From the NCBI GenBank assembly GCA_904063045.1, contig CAJFCJ010000005.1, forward strand, positions 3,156,165 through 3,220,164: a stretch of DNA of 64,000 bases, given 5' to 3'. The notes beneath the pieces were generated by a model. The model saw only the letters and a list, made by a program, of their open reading frames with translations, did not search any database and had not been told where the DNA came from. This DNA is from Dimorphilus gyrociliatus. Taxonomy: Eukaryota; Animalia; Annelida. A program made the translations under genes and the position numbers. How positions within the stretch are numbered: position 1 is the first letter of the stretch; each line of letters starts with the position of its first letter. Shown one piece after another: positions 51,451 to 64,000 of this stretch.

Positions 51451-52000
51451 ACTATCTATGACTTTGAACAAGTGTCTCCACCTATATTACAAAAACAGCG
51501 TTCATCATAGGCCTATATACAAGTAGAAAAATAAAATTTCTTTTATAGACTTATCAAACTTGAATAATTTATTCTAAAAAAAAAATGATTGAATTAGAAA
51601 TGTGAAATATTGGCTTTATTGTAATTTCTATGCAAATTACAAATATTATAACCTTTACACCTCTATATAAATATATTCTTCTGTTTATTATACTAGTTAT
51701 TCAAATATTCATACTCCTATAGACTTAATTATAAGAAGAGATGGCGTGTTTTTTTGAACATTATATACATTATAAATAGAAGGTTGACTATAGAACAAAT
51801 TAGATGAGTGTTAGAGTACGTCTAATTAATAAAAACGGAATATTTTCGCATCATTTATATTCATTTATTCGCTATGCTATTAACTAATAATTTATACTTT
51901 TTATTGACATTAACATGATAATTTTATCATTGGTTATTTGTTTAAAAAAAGACAATTAACGACAATAAACAGTTATGTTGGTAAACGATGTTTCTTTTAT

Positions 52001-52043
<43 letters not shown>

Positions 52044-55000
52044 TGTTCTCCTTCTCCTAATTTAATTCTTTATAAAATGATTGCGATCAATTATACTACT
52101 GTGTTCCTTTCTATTCGTGATTTCTAACTTCTTATATGAAAAGAAAATTAAAGACGAAAATGCGTTTCTTTTCAAAAAATACAGATGGCGTTAGAGGTTT
52201 AGTTATTGAACTTTTGTATACAGATCAATTGTATAAATGCATATATATATATACAGTATACTTTAGTCTATAATAAATTGATAGTATTATACAATTAATG
52301 TTCATATAATCTAACTATCTTTTTTATTTATTGATTACAAGGCGAGATAAAAAAAATTAACCATTCTTCTCTCAATTCTATTGATAAATGTCTTGAATAT
52401 GTATTATTCTTCATCGTCAAATGCTTCTTTTTCTTTTCTTCGACTTCTTCTTTCTTCTTCTTTCTTCCTCTTTTTATCACTTGACGAATGGCAGAATGAT
52501 CTTTATGCTAGTATTTTTTTTATCATATAAGAAATAAAGAATTTCATTAAGTTGACAACTGCTAAATATAATTTGAGAAATGGTCTATTAAAGAAAAGAC
52601 GAAATGTCTGCTCTTTTATATATTAATTACCTATTATTTTGAAAATAGACAATTCTTTAACTCTTATCAGTTGTTATCAGTACTAGGACCCCCTAAACTT
52701 TAATCCGATTACTACTTCTAAATTAACGATGTCGCCGCTAAAAATTAATTATAGACGCCTATGGCATGAACAAAAGTAACTCTAGAAAGCGCCACCTGTC
52801 GCCACTATTGCGTAATTAGCAAAGGTAAGTTTTAATAGATTTCGGTGTTACTTTGAAATAAAATACCTTTAGAAACAAATTAATATAAAAAACCTCTAAA
52901 TGATTGATTGAATTAATTAGTTTTGTTAATTAAAAGCCTAAAATGTTATTATTATAACTAATTAGTCAATTTATAACTTCTCAAAACAACAGTTCATATC
53001 ATCAGTATAAATTTCGAAGAGAAACATAACAAATATATATATAATAACCTATAAAACAGTGAAGTAGACCTTTTCCTTCGCCGTTTTATTATCTTTCTTT
53101 TCTGTTTTTTTAAAAAAACAACTAAAAGTTACAAATTAAAAAAGAAACAATGAAAATGGAAAGTTAGTTAAGTTAAGGTTATTGAACTATTGTTAGATAG
53201 ATACAGTATATGTATATATAGCTATTAGACTTTCAATGAAAAGAATTGAATTAGAATATTGAATAATTAAAAATCTAGCAAATGATTGATAAATGAGACA
53301 GAATAGAGAAAAAAAAGAGAGAAAGAAAGAAAAAAATTACAAGTTTATACTTATAAAGTATATCTAATCCGCTTAAATTGAATATTTTATGAGAATAAGT
53401 CACGCAAAGATTTCTATTTTGTTGTAGTCCTATAATAGAAATTGAAAGTACGATACATACAGTATACAATGTCTACTAAATGTATATATATATATATACA
53501 AAATAAGCATTTTCTACTTATTTATATAAATTAAAGTATATTTGATTAAATTTCTATTTATGTATTTAGTAGTGTCCTTGATAGATTTTGATTTTTACTA
53601 TAGAAAAATATAAGTAATCGCTTGTTAAATACTTGAAAAGAATTTGAAAATAGAAGGATAATGTGACGAAAAGGCCGACTTTTAAAGGTAAATTGAAACC
53701 TTTAGAGCTTCAAAGAAAAATAAAGGGAATTACGCGACTTTGAGTTAAGTGAAAGACAAGTAGGCGGCCTGACCTAACCAATTGGGAGCAATATGACTTT
53801 TTAAGAAGCGAAAAATGTTCCATTATACCGATTGCGTAACAAGTCCTTTAAGAGTTGTAAAAGAAAATGCGTATACAACTCCCATAAGCGTAGACAAGTG
53901 TGAAATTAGCCGCCATCTTTAACATTTCAATCGGCCACGAGATGATGGTCTATACGAGGCTCTCGACGCCTTGTTATGTAATCGTAAAAGCTAGCGTCGC
54001 CCCACTTTTAGAATTCGCAGTGCCCTATAGCCCTTCTTCAAAACTCTTCCCACCTCTTTTTTTTTTACGATATTTCAAATAAAACGTTCACCGCACGCTT
54101 GTGCTGAACGATTAATCGCAAGTGTATACAAATGATAAAGAGATCAGAGGATTTTAGAGAATTTTAGAGCCCTGCAGTTACATTTCATGATTCTCTTGAA
54201 TCTTTTTAGTCAATAAATAGTCGCTTTGACCTTTTTAGCGGATATTCATCGAGATAGCGTGCAATTGATAAGGTTAGCTAACACTTGGAGTTTTTTTTAA
54301 GAGGAGTTTTTAAAAAGGGGCGGGTTTTATTCATATATGGAGAAGGGGGAAGGGGGTGGGGTTTCTACTTTTTTCCATTCATCTATTATAATATTAATAA
54401 AGGGGGCAGGAATTTCTGTATAATAACATTAATAAAGATATAAAACATTACGTTTTGGTAACTAAACGATAAAAATGAAGAAAAAAAGACTTTTTTGACA
54501 TATGAAAGGTAATAAAATTAGTGAAATAAGCAGCTTTTTATCCTAATTGTACTATAAAAAAAACTTCGAAAGTTATTTTAATAGGAAAGTAAGAATGTTA
54601 ATTAAAATAAAATATGAATATTTATGACTTTTCCCCCTACTAGACGTATTATAAAAAGTTATGTCATCTATGACTAGTCTGAGAGTTTAATGATATATAC
54701 GCGTAATAATTGGTAATAAAAAAGTGGGAGTTGACGGATAAAAAGATAGAGTTCGAAAAAGCTGATGAAGATGATGAAGGGGAAAAAGTTACGATCTGAT
54801 GGTGCAATATTGGGAATGTCTTGTTTTTCTTTCATTGGTGACTCTTGAAAGAAGAGCGGTCCCTAAGTTCACGGTCCCATGCTGCTTGTATAAAAGATTC
54901 GTAATGCATACCGCCTTGTCTAATCAAATCACTTTTAAGTTATACAATATATGTATATATTCGTACAATTGAAGTTTTCTCCCTTAGAAACTTATTTAAA

Positions 55001-56480
55001 CCGAATTAGATGTAATTGTAGGTTAGAGGGGGAAATAATGGTCGTTCTCATTTAATGTATGAATAGATATATAAGGGATTCACGATCACCTTTCTCCACC
55101 TAAATAATATCAGTAAAATTTTATATATGCATGGCTTGATGGGTAATTTTAAAGTCTTTTTAAAACGAGACTAATGCGCACAGACACGCGGCTTCTTTAA
55201 TTCTTTCTTTTCTCTTAAAACTTATTTTACTTTTTCTAATAATTTTAGGGATCGGCTCCAAGATGGCCGATATTCACCCGATATTATATCCGCAAAACGT
55301 CTTATTAAAACTATTGTTAAATCGTTTTCTTCCGATATATGAGAAGATTTTATTTCTATGCCCTCAAAGGGCAAAGATTCCTTACTTCTTAGGCCTAAAA
55401 AGGAAAACAATATATTTCCAATGTATGAAATGTTTTTGTATGGTTTCATCTGACAAAAAGAGAGAGATTCTTTTTTGGATTGGACAGCGAATGGTGGTTG
55501 GAGAGAGAGAGAGAGACAGAGAGACAGAGAAAGAGATAAATAGTAGGGGGTAGGGAATTAGATAAAGGGGAAGGGCAATATCTAATCTCAGTGGAAATTC
55601 CTTAAAGCTTTTTCTCTTTTTTAATTAAAACTCTATGGTAATGTACGACATTTGAGGGAAAAAGAAGGGGCAATCTCAACAGACACAATAAACCAAATCA
55701 TTACCCAATACGAATGTGCTCAATTCCCATCCATCAATCACTAAAGAATGAAAATCATCCCATTCAAAAGTTAACCAGACTAACGACTTGGCGTGAGGGG
55801 CTGTATGAGCGGGAATTCCTTTTTTTCTCACAACATCAAAGGTAAAAAAACTGTACATAACTAGCCACGCCCCTTTGCAAGATCTCGATCCGATACATTA
55901 ATCGCTTATGTACACAGCATATGTTACGGATCTGACGACTCGTTATATCGATTTTAACGATTATGAAGCGCTACGGAAGAAAAAGCGACGCCAGCTGCCT
56001 TTTTTGGAAAAACTTGCTGTGCAACTCATTTGCATAATTGTTACCCCCTTACGAGAGGACGCCGAGAAAAATGTGTTGTTTACGGGAGGTAATATGGCCA
56101 GGTGTCGCCGTTACTTTTTTTTAACCTCGAATATTCTCTTTAAGAAAAGAAAATATTAATAAAAAGAAAATTCATAAAACCCGCATTTCCTCAATATTTC
56201 CTAGACGTCTATAGCGGTAAAGACGTGACTGGGCATGTGTATAGATTGGGCGAGAATCAGGGAACGCCACCTGTATAATTACATTGTTCATCTATCAGCG
56301 ACCCCCCGCGGAGTCTTTGATGATATGATGTGCGTACCGCTTGGTGGTCGTTGTAGGGCTTGTAATTTTTTTTTCAAGCGGCGTGAACGACTGTTTTCTT
56401 CTTATTCGGTCCCAAAAAAACCGTAAATTATTTATGCACTAAGCCACATAAATGGGTGAGGAGGCAGAAAGAGAGAGACA

Positions 56481-56484
<4 letters not shown>

Positions 56485-56523
<39 letters not shown>
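56485..56523. repeat. (GA)n microsatellite
   Basis: Perfect GA run. Similar GA/CT tracts occur near 24110-24175, 49365, 52010 and 60150. Confidence 0.9.
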
Positions 56524-56528
<5 letters not shown>

Positions 56529-57496
56529 CAGCAAAAGAAATATTCACTATTCAAAACCTATTGACAGATCAGCCTTGTAATCCGCTTTAACGTTTTATGA
56601 TAATATTTATGCTTGGTTGACTTAGTCGAGTGAGTGTATAGTCCATTGCGTAATTAAGCTGATTTTTTTCTTTCTTGTTTTCTTCCTCAACACCTCCATG
56701 TTTCTCTCTCTTTTTTTCTCTTTTTCTTCCGTTGTTCTTCTCAACTATATGCTTAACAAATCTATATCTTCATATTTTTCTTAAATACGAACATAGACAA
56801 AACACGTAGTACAAAGGAAAATACTTATAAATAATAATAATATACTCTAATAATATACTCTCTGAAAGGGGGATTTATTAATCTTTCATAAATTATACTT
56901 AAACAATTATCACTTTAATATATCTCTTTCAGTTGACTTCTCAAGGATTTTTATAAAAGAACAAACTTAATCTCTACCATTCTTTGGCGCCAATGATAAG
57001 AAAATTTATGGGAAAACTTTATATAAATCTATAAAAATCAAAATTAATGTTTCCTCTAAATAGAAGAAAAAAAATCTATTATTGTATTGAATATATTTTT
57101 TTTTAAAAAAACAAACAATTCAAATGTAAAAATTATGAAAAAGAAAAGAAAAATGATGAAGAAAAAGTGTTAAATAATTTTGAATTTATCAAGGTAAAAC
57201 CGTAGAAAATGTAACATTTTTATATAGAATCAAACGCGTTCCACGCGCTCCCGGTATTATGTTCTCTGTCACGCTGATTTGATCATCTGATATGTCACTA
57301 TATTCACCCACTTCAGAACGGAAGTGGAATTTTTATAGGAGCGTTCTTTTTACAACGTTTTTTCTTTATTCTAATCCTCTATTATTACAATTTATCATGA
57401 TATTTTTTTTTATATAGACTGAAAGCACTTTGCAGTTTGTTTATTGTTTATTTTTTTGCCTGTTAATGTAAGTATAGATATAAATACTCTATATAT

Positions 57497-57539
<43 letters not shown>

Positions 57540-60143
57540 CTTTTGTTTATTCTTTATTTACATATAAAATATATTTCACATTTTTTTTATAAAAAAAATG
57601 GGATTGGTTAATTATTTTTTTCTAACACTAAACCGGATATAGTACTTTTAAACCGTTATTGAAACGACGCCCACCTTCTCTTTCTATATAACGATTTTCG
57701 TTCAATCGCATAAGTGTTTACATAGTCTGGGTCTCTTGCGCTCTTCTTTTTTTCGATAATCCGATATTGCAGCATATTAACCCTCCTCTATTGAAAGGAA
57801 GAGAAACTTAATCCTTCAAACACATAAGATTGTGACTATGTTCTTTTTTCTTCTATTATTTTTAATATTTATATATTATTATTATTATTACTTTTAATAT
57901 TTACTTAGCTAACCATAGTTAGTCGTTTCTCTTTTACCACAAATTTACGGAATAAATTACTAATAAAATATTAAAAATCTACTCTTTGTAACGCCGAAAA
58001 CGGAAGCGTTTAAGCCGCATCCACCTCTTAGGAGATTAGGTCATAAACATTCTTTTATAGAGCGTACTCTTACAAAATTCTCTTGTTCAAGTATGTATAT
58101 ATTAGGTATTACATAATTTACACCCTAACTATTTTCTACGATTTACCCGACTAAACCCCTCCTTCCCAATTCTAAATATGGAAGAGAAAAAAGACAAAAA
58201 TCTGTCATTCTCTCTCTTTCATTCTTTCTCCCCCCCCCCCTACTTCGTTGTAGTCAGAGATTATAAAGGCGGTTTATTCAAGTTAATAGACCTCATATTA
58301 TAAAACAGGCAATGAAAAAAAGAGAGATTATCATAAAAATCGAATAGAATTAGTACGGAATAGAGAGAAAAGGAACTAGAAGAGTAAATTGACAAATATA
58401 GCCATATGTTTTGTATATATTTATATATATAATTGATGCCATATCCCATCATCGGCATTCTTTTTTTTCCTTTATCCCTCTTCTTTTTGACTCGTGCGGA
58501 CAGAAGCGGTCATATAATCGCCTCTTTTTTTAAGCACGCGAACGCGTTTTACGCGTGCAAATGCCTCCCCGTTGCCCTCTCTTTCTCTCTTGAATAGGTG
58601 TAAAAATGCTCTTTGTTCTTTTTCAAAAGTGGTAAAAAATAATCCATGTCCTATTATCATTAACTCTTCTTTATCGATGCCGACAAAGTTATACTTATCT
58701 ATTTAGAGTTTTTGAACTTTTTTCCCCTATCAAGGTATATAGGGAGAAAGCGAGGACGGGAAGGGAATTGATTATTGTAAGAGAAAGAATAAGTAGAAGA
58801 AAGAAATAGAAAGATATTATTAGAAATAAATCTTAATTGAATAATCGAAGGTTGAAGAAAAATAGAAAGAGATTTAAGGAGATCTTTTTTCTTTATTTGG
58901 TCGAATTATTTATAGAAAAAAATTATATCTTGTATCTTATTTTTTAATCCCTTAATCTGCAAAAGTTCAGCAGAGAGTTGATACTGGAATCGTAATCGTT
59001 TTCAAATAAACATTTACTCGACCTTCGATTCCATCTGATTACGTAATTGACGCGCACTAGAGTTTCCGGTTGATATACGCCTAATTTTCCCTTCAATTCT
59101 TCTCTTGACAATTCTATTCGGGAGGAGGTGGACTAAACTCATTTAAAGAATAGACCCATCAAGAGACCCTCGTTTTAGATACACTACCCTTTAACGATGC
59201 CAAATAATGTGGTTTATTGTCGTTTGGAAGGCAATTGGCCGGTGGCAATTTTAGGGTATAAAAATTATGCAACAACGTGATAAATCACGGTGCTTCATTC
59301 ATATCTTTCATTCGTTTCAATAGCTTAATTCTATTTCGAGATAATTAAAATATTTTCCCTCGATTTCTCTTTATCCTACTGATAAGGAACAATGTGGAAA
59401 GAGTAAAGATCGTTCAAGTGACCCACCGAGACTAAATATTAGAAGACTAAGTTCTTATTTTTTTCTGAAACAAGTATGAACGTGCAATCTAAATATAACG
59501 AACCAAAAGCGCTTTAGAAGCCGGAAAGTGATACGTATTTCCTTGAAAAGAAAGGTAAGTTTTATACCATCTCCCTGGGAAAATTATATTTTAGATTATT
59601 TTCAATGCCGACTGGTGCTATGAAGAAAGAGAGAGAGTTATACAAGAAGGAAGGGAAAGGACGATAAGCAGGATAAGGAGAGGGAGAATAAGAAGATACT
59701 AGATATCGATTATAAATTGTTACAAGAGACGTTTAAAATGTATATCATTCTTTTATCTCGTAGCTTTTCTCCTGTATACATATAATATATATGTAAAAGT
59801 ATATATATACCATATAGAATTCAATAAATTTAAAAAAGAAACATAAAATATCACTTCAACAATTGTCTTATTTTTTCAATCCTCTGGATAACTAGCACAA
59901 CCGAATAGACCAAAATAGTTATCTAAAAATAGAAATAAATATATATATATATGTATATATTTACTTGTACATCTATGTACAGTATATATATATATATATA
60001 TAAATAGACTTCATTCTTTTTACTATATAATATCGTACGTATGCTCTCTCCATAACGTAACTTTGTACATGATGATATGAAAGACAGATAAGCGGAAAAC
60101 AAATAAAACGAGAGATAGAGTCTGAGAGAATTGAGAGAGAGAC

Positions 60144-60175
<32 letters not shown>

Positions 60176-60474
60176 CATAAATACACTATGACAATAACAA
60201 AATTTTATAATTTAAATATAAAAAAGAAAAGAAAAAATAATTGAAAAATTCTGAACAGTTTTCTTTTCATTTCTATAAATAAATGAAATTTGAATGAATG
60301 AAACCAGAGAATATAGAGAGAAAAAAAATGAAATATAAATATAATGAAGAGAACATAAAAACAAAAAAAAATACCACTTCACAAATATTTGGATATAAAA
60401 GAAAAAAAAATATAGTTCACAATTTTTTGCTTTGTCTTTTTTTTAATGATTAAAGGTTTTCCTCTCCCGATTAA

Positions 60475-63400
60475 CTAGGAGAATGAAGAGTCAGTACAAA
60501 CGTCAATATCAGCGTCTGAACTATGTCCATCCGATTCTCCATCGGAAGGATGTGGAAGCGCGGTATCAGTTGGCATACATGCTGAAGTCTTCCAATGCGT
60601 TTTGAGACCAGAAGCGGAAATGTACTTCCTGGAACAACGTGGGCATTCGTATGGACGTTCGTTCGTATGTAAACGTCTATGCAACTTGAGGTGAACGAAC
60701 TGAGTGAATTTGGCCGGACATAATTTACAGACGAAAGGCTTTTCGCCCGAATGCAGTCGCATATGAGTTTTCAAATTGGATGTTGAGGAGAACCTCTTTG
60801 AGCAGACGGTACATTCGTGCGGTTTTTCGCCGGTATGAACTAAGTGGTGTTTTTGTAAATGGGCTAGTTGAGTAAAGCCCTTGGAACAGGTTGTACACGT
60901 GAATGGACGTTCACCAGTATGTGTTCGAAGGTGAACTTTTAAGTTGGATAATTGGCCGAACACCTTCTGACATACGTTACATTCGTATTGCATGCGACCA
61001 TCTTTTTTCTTTAATGGATATGGAAGTGTACGATGGCCACGAGTTCTTTCCTCTCTCTTTGTTGTAAGGTTTAAAGCTTCCTCCTCATGTTGCGATTTCT
61101 TCATTGGGAATAAGTTGTTGGAGAAAATTGGTGCCGGAGGAGGTAGGGCGAAGAGATTAGGGAATGGGTAGGGCGGAAATGGTAAGGGTAGAGACCAAGG
61201 TTTCTTTGATCGGAACTCGTCGAGGAAAGGGAATAAAGGTGCCGGCGGAAGCGGATAGTCGACCATAGACTTCTTCAACTCCGGGGGCAGGAAAATATTA
61301 TCGGATAATTGATTCTCCATCGCTTCCGACTTGACTACTGTTCAAAAAATAAAAGAGAAGAAAACGAATTATTATTGGTAAAGAATTAGTTTGGGGATTT
61401 GACATATTCTTTAATATCAATGGGATTTAGATAAGATAGAAAGTATGTCCGCTTCACCCTTAAATCCTTAAAGTGGGTACTCTCTACAGTAAAGGCCTAT
61501 ATCGTATTATAAATATCAATAATAGCTCTACTGAGCTCGAAAGTAGTTTGCTCATGCTCTCTAACTGACAAATAATTGTCTCGCAGTTGTATAAATTATT
61601 ATATTTTTGCCTCTTAAACAAGCTATACTATATACCTATTATTTACTTATATACGAACAACAAACAGGCCTATAAGACGAAGCAAATCACTATTATAAAC
61701 CACCAACCCCCTACTCTCTAATCTCTCTACTGTATAGAGTTGTTCGCTTTTCTTTATATAAATCCCAAAATATAATAGTAAACATACAAGACTACTTAAT
61801 GAAACGAATATGTAAATTATTAGTTGAATTTAAACAGGAAAAAAAATAAAACCTCTCTCCCTACTCAACATGGCGGGTGGTCTAAGATAAGTATAAGAGA
61901 AAAAATGGTTCTTGATAGCGACTAAAGAGTGCCAGATGCTTTTATAAATACTGTATTTCAATAAATTTATGTCCTCTCTTTATATAGAAATTCCTCTTTT
62001 TCACCCCTCTCTTTTCCCTTATGTCTTAAACTTTGAGATACAACGAAGACAATGGAGAAGGAGTAAAGGTAAACTAAGGGAACATGTTGGTATATCAAGT
62101 TTTCCATAATATTAATATACTCTATAGACTAAATATATATTTATCCAGTATAAAATTATAGGGTTAAAGAGTGTTTATAGTGAATTGAATTGACAGATGT
62201 TTCCCTTCTTCTCTCTATCCCTCTAGTTCAAGTACTTTGGCAGAGTTGACAGGAAAAAAATTGCCGAATCCGCTTATTGTATAATAAACATGGAAATCAA
62301 AACAGTCGTTTATTTATATAGTCGCCTTACAATATAGGATAGAGCTTAAAGTGAAATTTCTTTACCCCCACTGCCGAATAATTCTAAAGTTGAGGTGAAA
62401 GAAGACATCCTCCTACTTTTTTTTCTCTATTTCTTTCACTTATTTTTCTCTTTATTTAGAATAACGGAATATTCGAATAGCTGAACTAGTCAGAGCGTGT
62501 CTTAAAAGACGGACGAAAGAGAGCTGATAGGTAGTGTTGCAGCGCTTTTTAATAAATGAAAATCCTTTTTTGGATTAGTAGGCGTACAATTGAAATTGAG
62601 GCGGAAAAAACTCGATTGTCTCCTCTATAGATATTCGTCGTTTCGCTTAAACGCGTTCGAAAGACGAAAATACTGCTTTATTTTCATAATTAAACCGTTT
62701 AAAGTACGTTTTTTAATCTAGCCGGAGGCGATTAGGGAAGAATACTTAGTTCAAGTATATTCGAGAAGCAAATTGTTTTTAGTATGGTTTACTATTCCAT
62801 TTTAACACCCAGCTAACCACAAACTTCCCCTAGCATACTCCTCTCTTGCCCCCTACCCTTGCCTTCCACCACCCCTCGCTACAACCTCTTATTTCTAAAC
62901 ATATTTTATGTTCTAGACCTTAACACCGTGTCATTTTCTCTATGTAATCTACTACTCAAATATTATCCTGTTAGCAGCTTTTATATGATACATATACATG
63001 GATACGTATATACTGAATACATACTATAAAGATATGTTTAAGTACATCTACTTTAGAGGCTATTAATTAATTTAAACTATGACGTAATAGATGGAGAAAG
63101 AGTATTTTAGAAGCTTTTATAAGCTAATAATTCTATAAAAGTTACGTTCTGACGACAAATGTTAATTGTTTAGAGAACATAGTAATAAAAACGCCAAACG
63201 ACACTCTATAAATAACTTTATAGGATTCATTACTCTCCTTAACTTTAACAACCCTTAAACTTATCTCCACTTTTTCTCACGGCGGACTAGGGATTAGACT
63301 CTCGCAAAAGCGGATTTAGATAGAGCAATAACAAGTGAAAGCGTTCAACGACTAGTCTATAGACCAGTAGAATGAAATATAAATAATAATCCGTAGCAAT

Positions 63401-64000
63401 ACAATGCAACTTACCAGAGGAGGGCATGCAATGCCGAGTAGCAGCCATTAATAATTCACAATTAGCCGGAATGGGTTTAGTTGTGTAGAAAAAGATCTGA
63501 AAGTCCACCTGGCAGGCAACAACATTTTGCTCCTCTTCAGAACAAGCTATTTGCACGAAGCGCATCCAGTTAGAGTTTTTAGCTGCTACGTCAATGTAAT
63601 GATAGACGCGATTATCCGTTGTGAACACCTGCGTTTTTTTAAGGAAAATTTTTTTTTTGTTTAGTATAAAACATAATATATATTGTCCCGTTAATTGGGG
63701 ACGCGTGCCGAAAAGCTTACCTTCCAAAAGTGTCCATCTGATTTAGCTTCTGGGGGTACAATCTCACCCTGAAGCGGTCCGAAGCGGGTACCTTTTGGAA
63801 TATATTCTCTACTCCAAACGCCGGAGGGTTGCTGTGTTTAGTCAATGTCAAAATTAGTATATAAAATTCTATATACCTCTTTATTAAATAGATAAATAGA
63901 AATGGACGATAAAAATATTTAATAAATATTATTAATTTAATGTCCGTATCTTTATAAATCACTTATTTTCTATTACAGCTGGTATAAAAGAAAGATGCTA
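60475..64000 (-). CDS. PRDM1: Blimp-1 / PR domain zinc finger protein 1 (5' end outside the window)
   Basis: PR exons 63831-63721 ([24 protein letters not shown]) and 63628-63415 ([31 protein letters not shown]). A terminal exon from about 61340 to 60475 carries a proline-rich region and five C2H2 fingers ([42 protein letters not shown]). Confidence 0.96.

Noticed and set aside
52330-52510. Lys/Glu/Arg-rich minus-strand open stretch
   Set aside because: Low-complexity GA-rich sequence with a poor acceptor, no start codon and no linked exons.
55222-55449. Possible terminal exon on the minus strand (GLRSKESLPFEG..KVK*)
   Set aside because: No recognisable motif and no upstream exon chain found. 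It needs RNA-seq to revisit.
58527-58560. GCACGCG..CGCGTGC short inverted repeat
   Set aside because: Only a 7-bp stem. It is better explained as clustered CGCG motifs.
61139-61145. let-7 seed match (CTACCTC on the minus strand) in Blimp-1
   Set aside because: It lies in coding sequence (Leu-Pro-Pro codons). I saw no match in the presumed 3' UTR.
63287-63400. Intron read-through peptide [12 protein letters not shown] resembling the missing LLVWY..AERLH PR-domain end
   Set aside because: No splice sites would join it to ELL, and a strong GTAAGT donor precedes it. Probably coincidence.
63717-63962. Minus-strand 81-aa ORF
   Set aside because: Wrong frame. The real exon (63831-63721) encodes the PR-domain segment [10 protein letters not shown].
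1-64000. rRNA, tRNA, snoRNA, CRISPR arrays, transposase/RT ORFs, prokaryotic operon-type systems
   Set aside because: None were recognisable. The sequence is intron-rich eukaryotic DNA, and all long ORFs are explained by the genes listed.

Overview
AT-rich, gene-dense eukaryotic (animal) genomic DNA with very short spliceosomal introns, mostly about 50-80 nt. This suggests a compact-genome lophotrochozoan such as the annelid Dimorphilus; that identification is an inference. I reconstructed 13 protein-coding genes by eye from GT-AG exon chains. In order: an SLC22 organic cation transporter (-) carrying an intronless EGF-repeat membrane receptor nested antisense in intron 1; NCOA/taiman (-); FBXO10 (+); a head-to-head pair of stomatin/MEC-2-like genes; TMEM18 (-, missed by the ORF track); a shortened pericentrin/AKAP9 (+); CCDC22 (-); an uncharacterised RING + coiled-coil + ubiquitin-like + UBR-box-like protein (-); SUPT20H (+); AGK (-); then about 9 kb with no convincing gene; and the 3' part of Blimp-1/PRDM1 (-). 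I found no supportable rRNA, tRNA, CRISPR array or transposon. The most interesting items are the RING-UBL-UBR E3 ligase candidate, the stomatin pair (different intron sets, alternative first exons, RFX and CTCF motifs) and the nested receptor. Exon coordinates were read manually and may be off by a few bases. Family assignments come from recalled motif similarity, not database searches.
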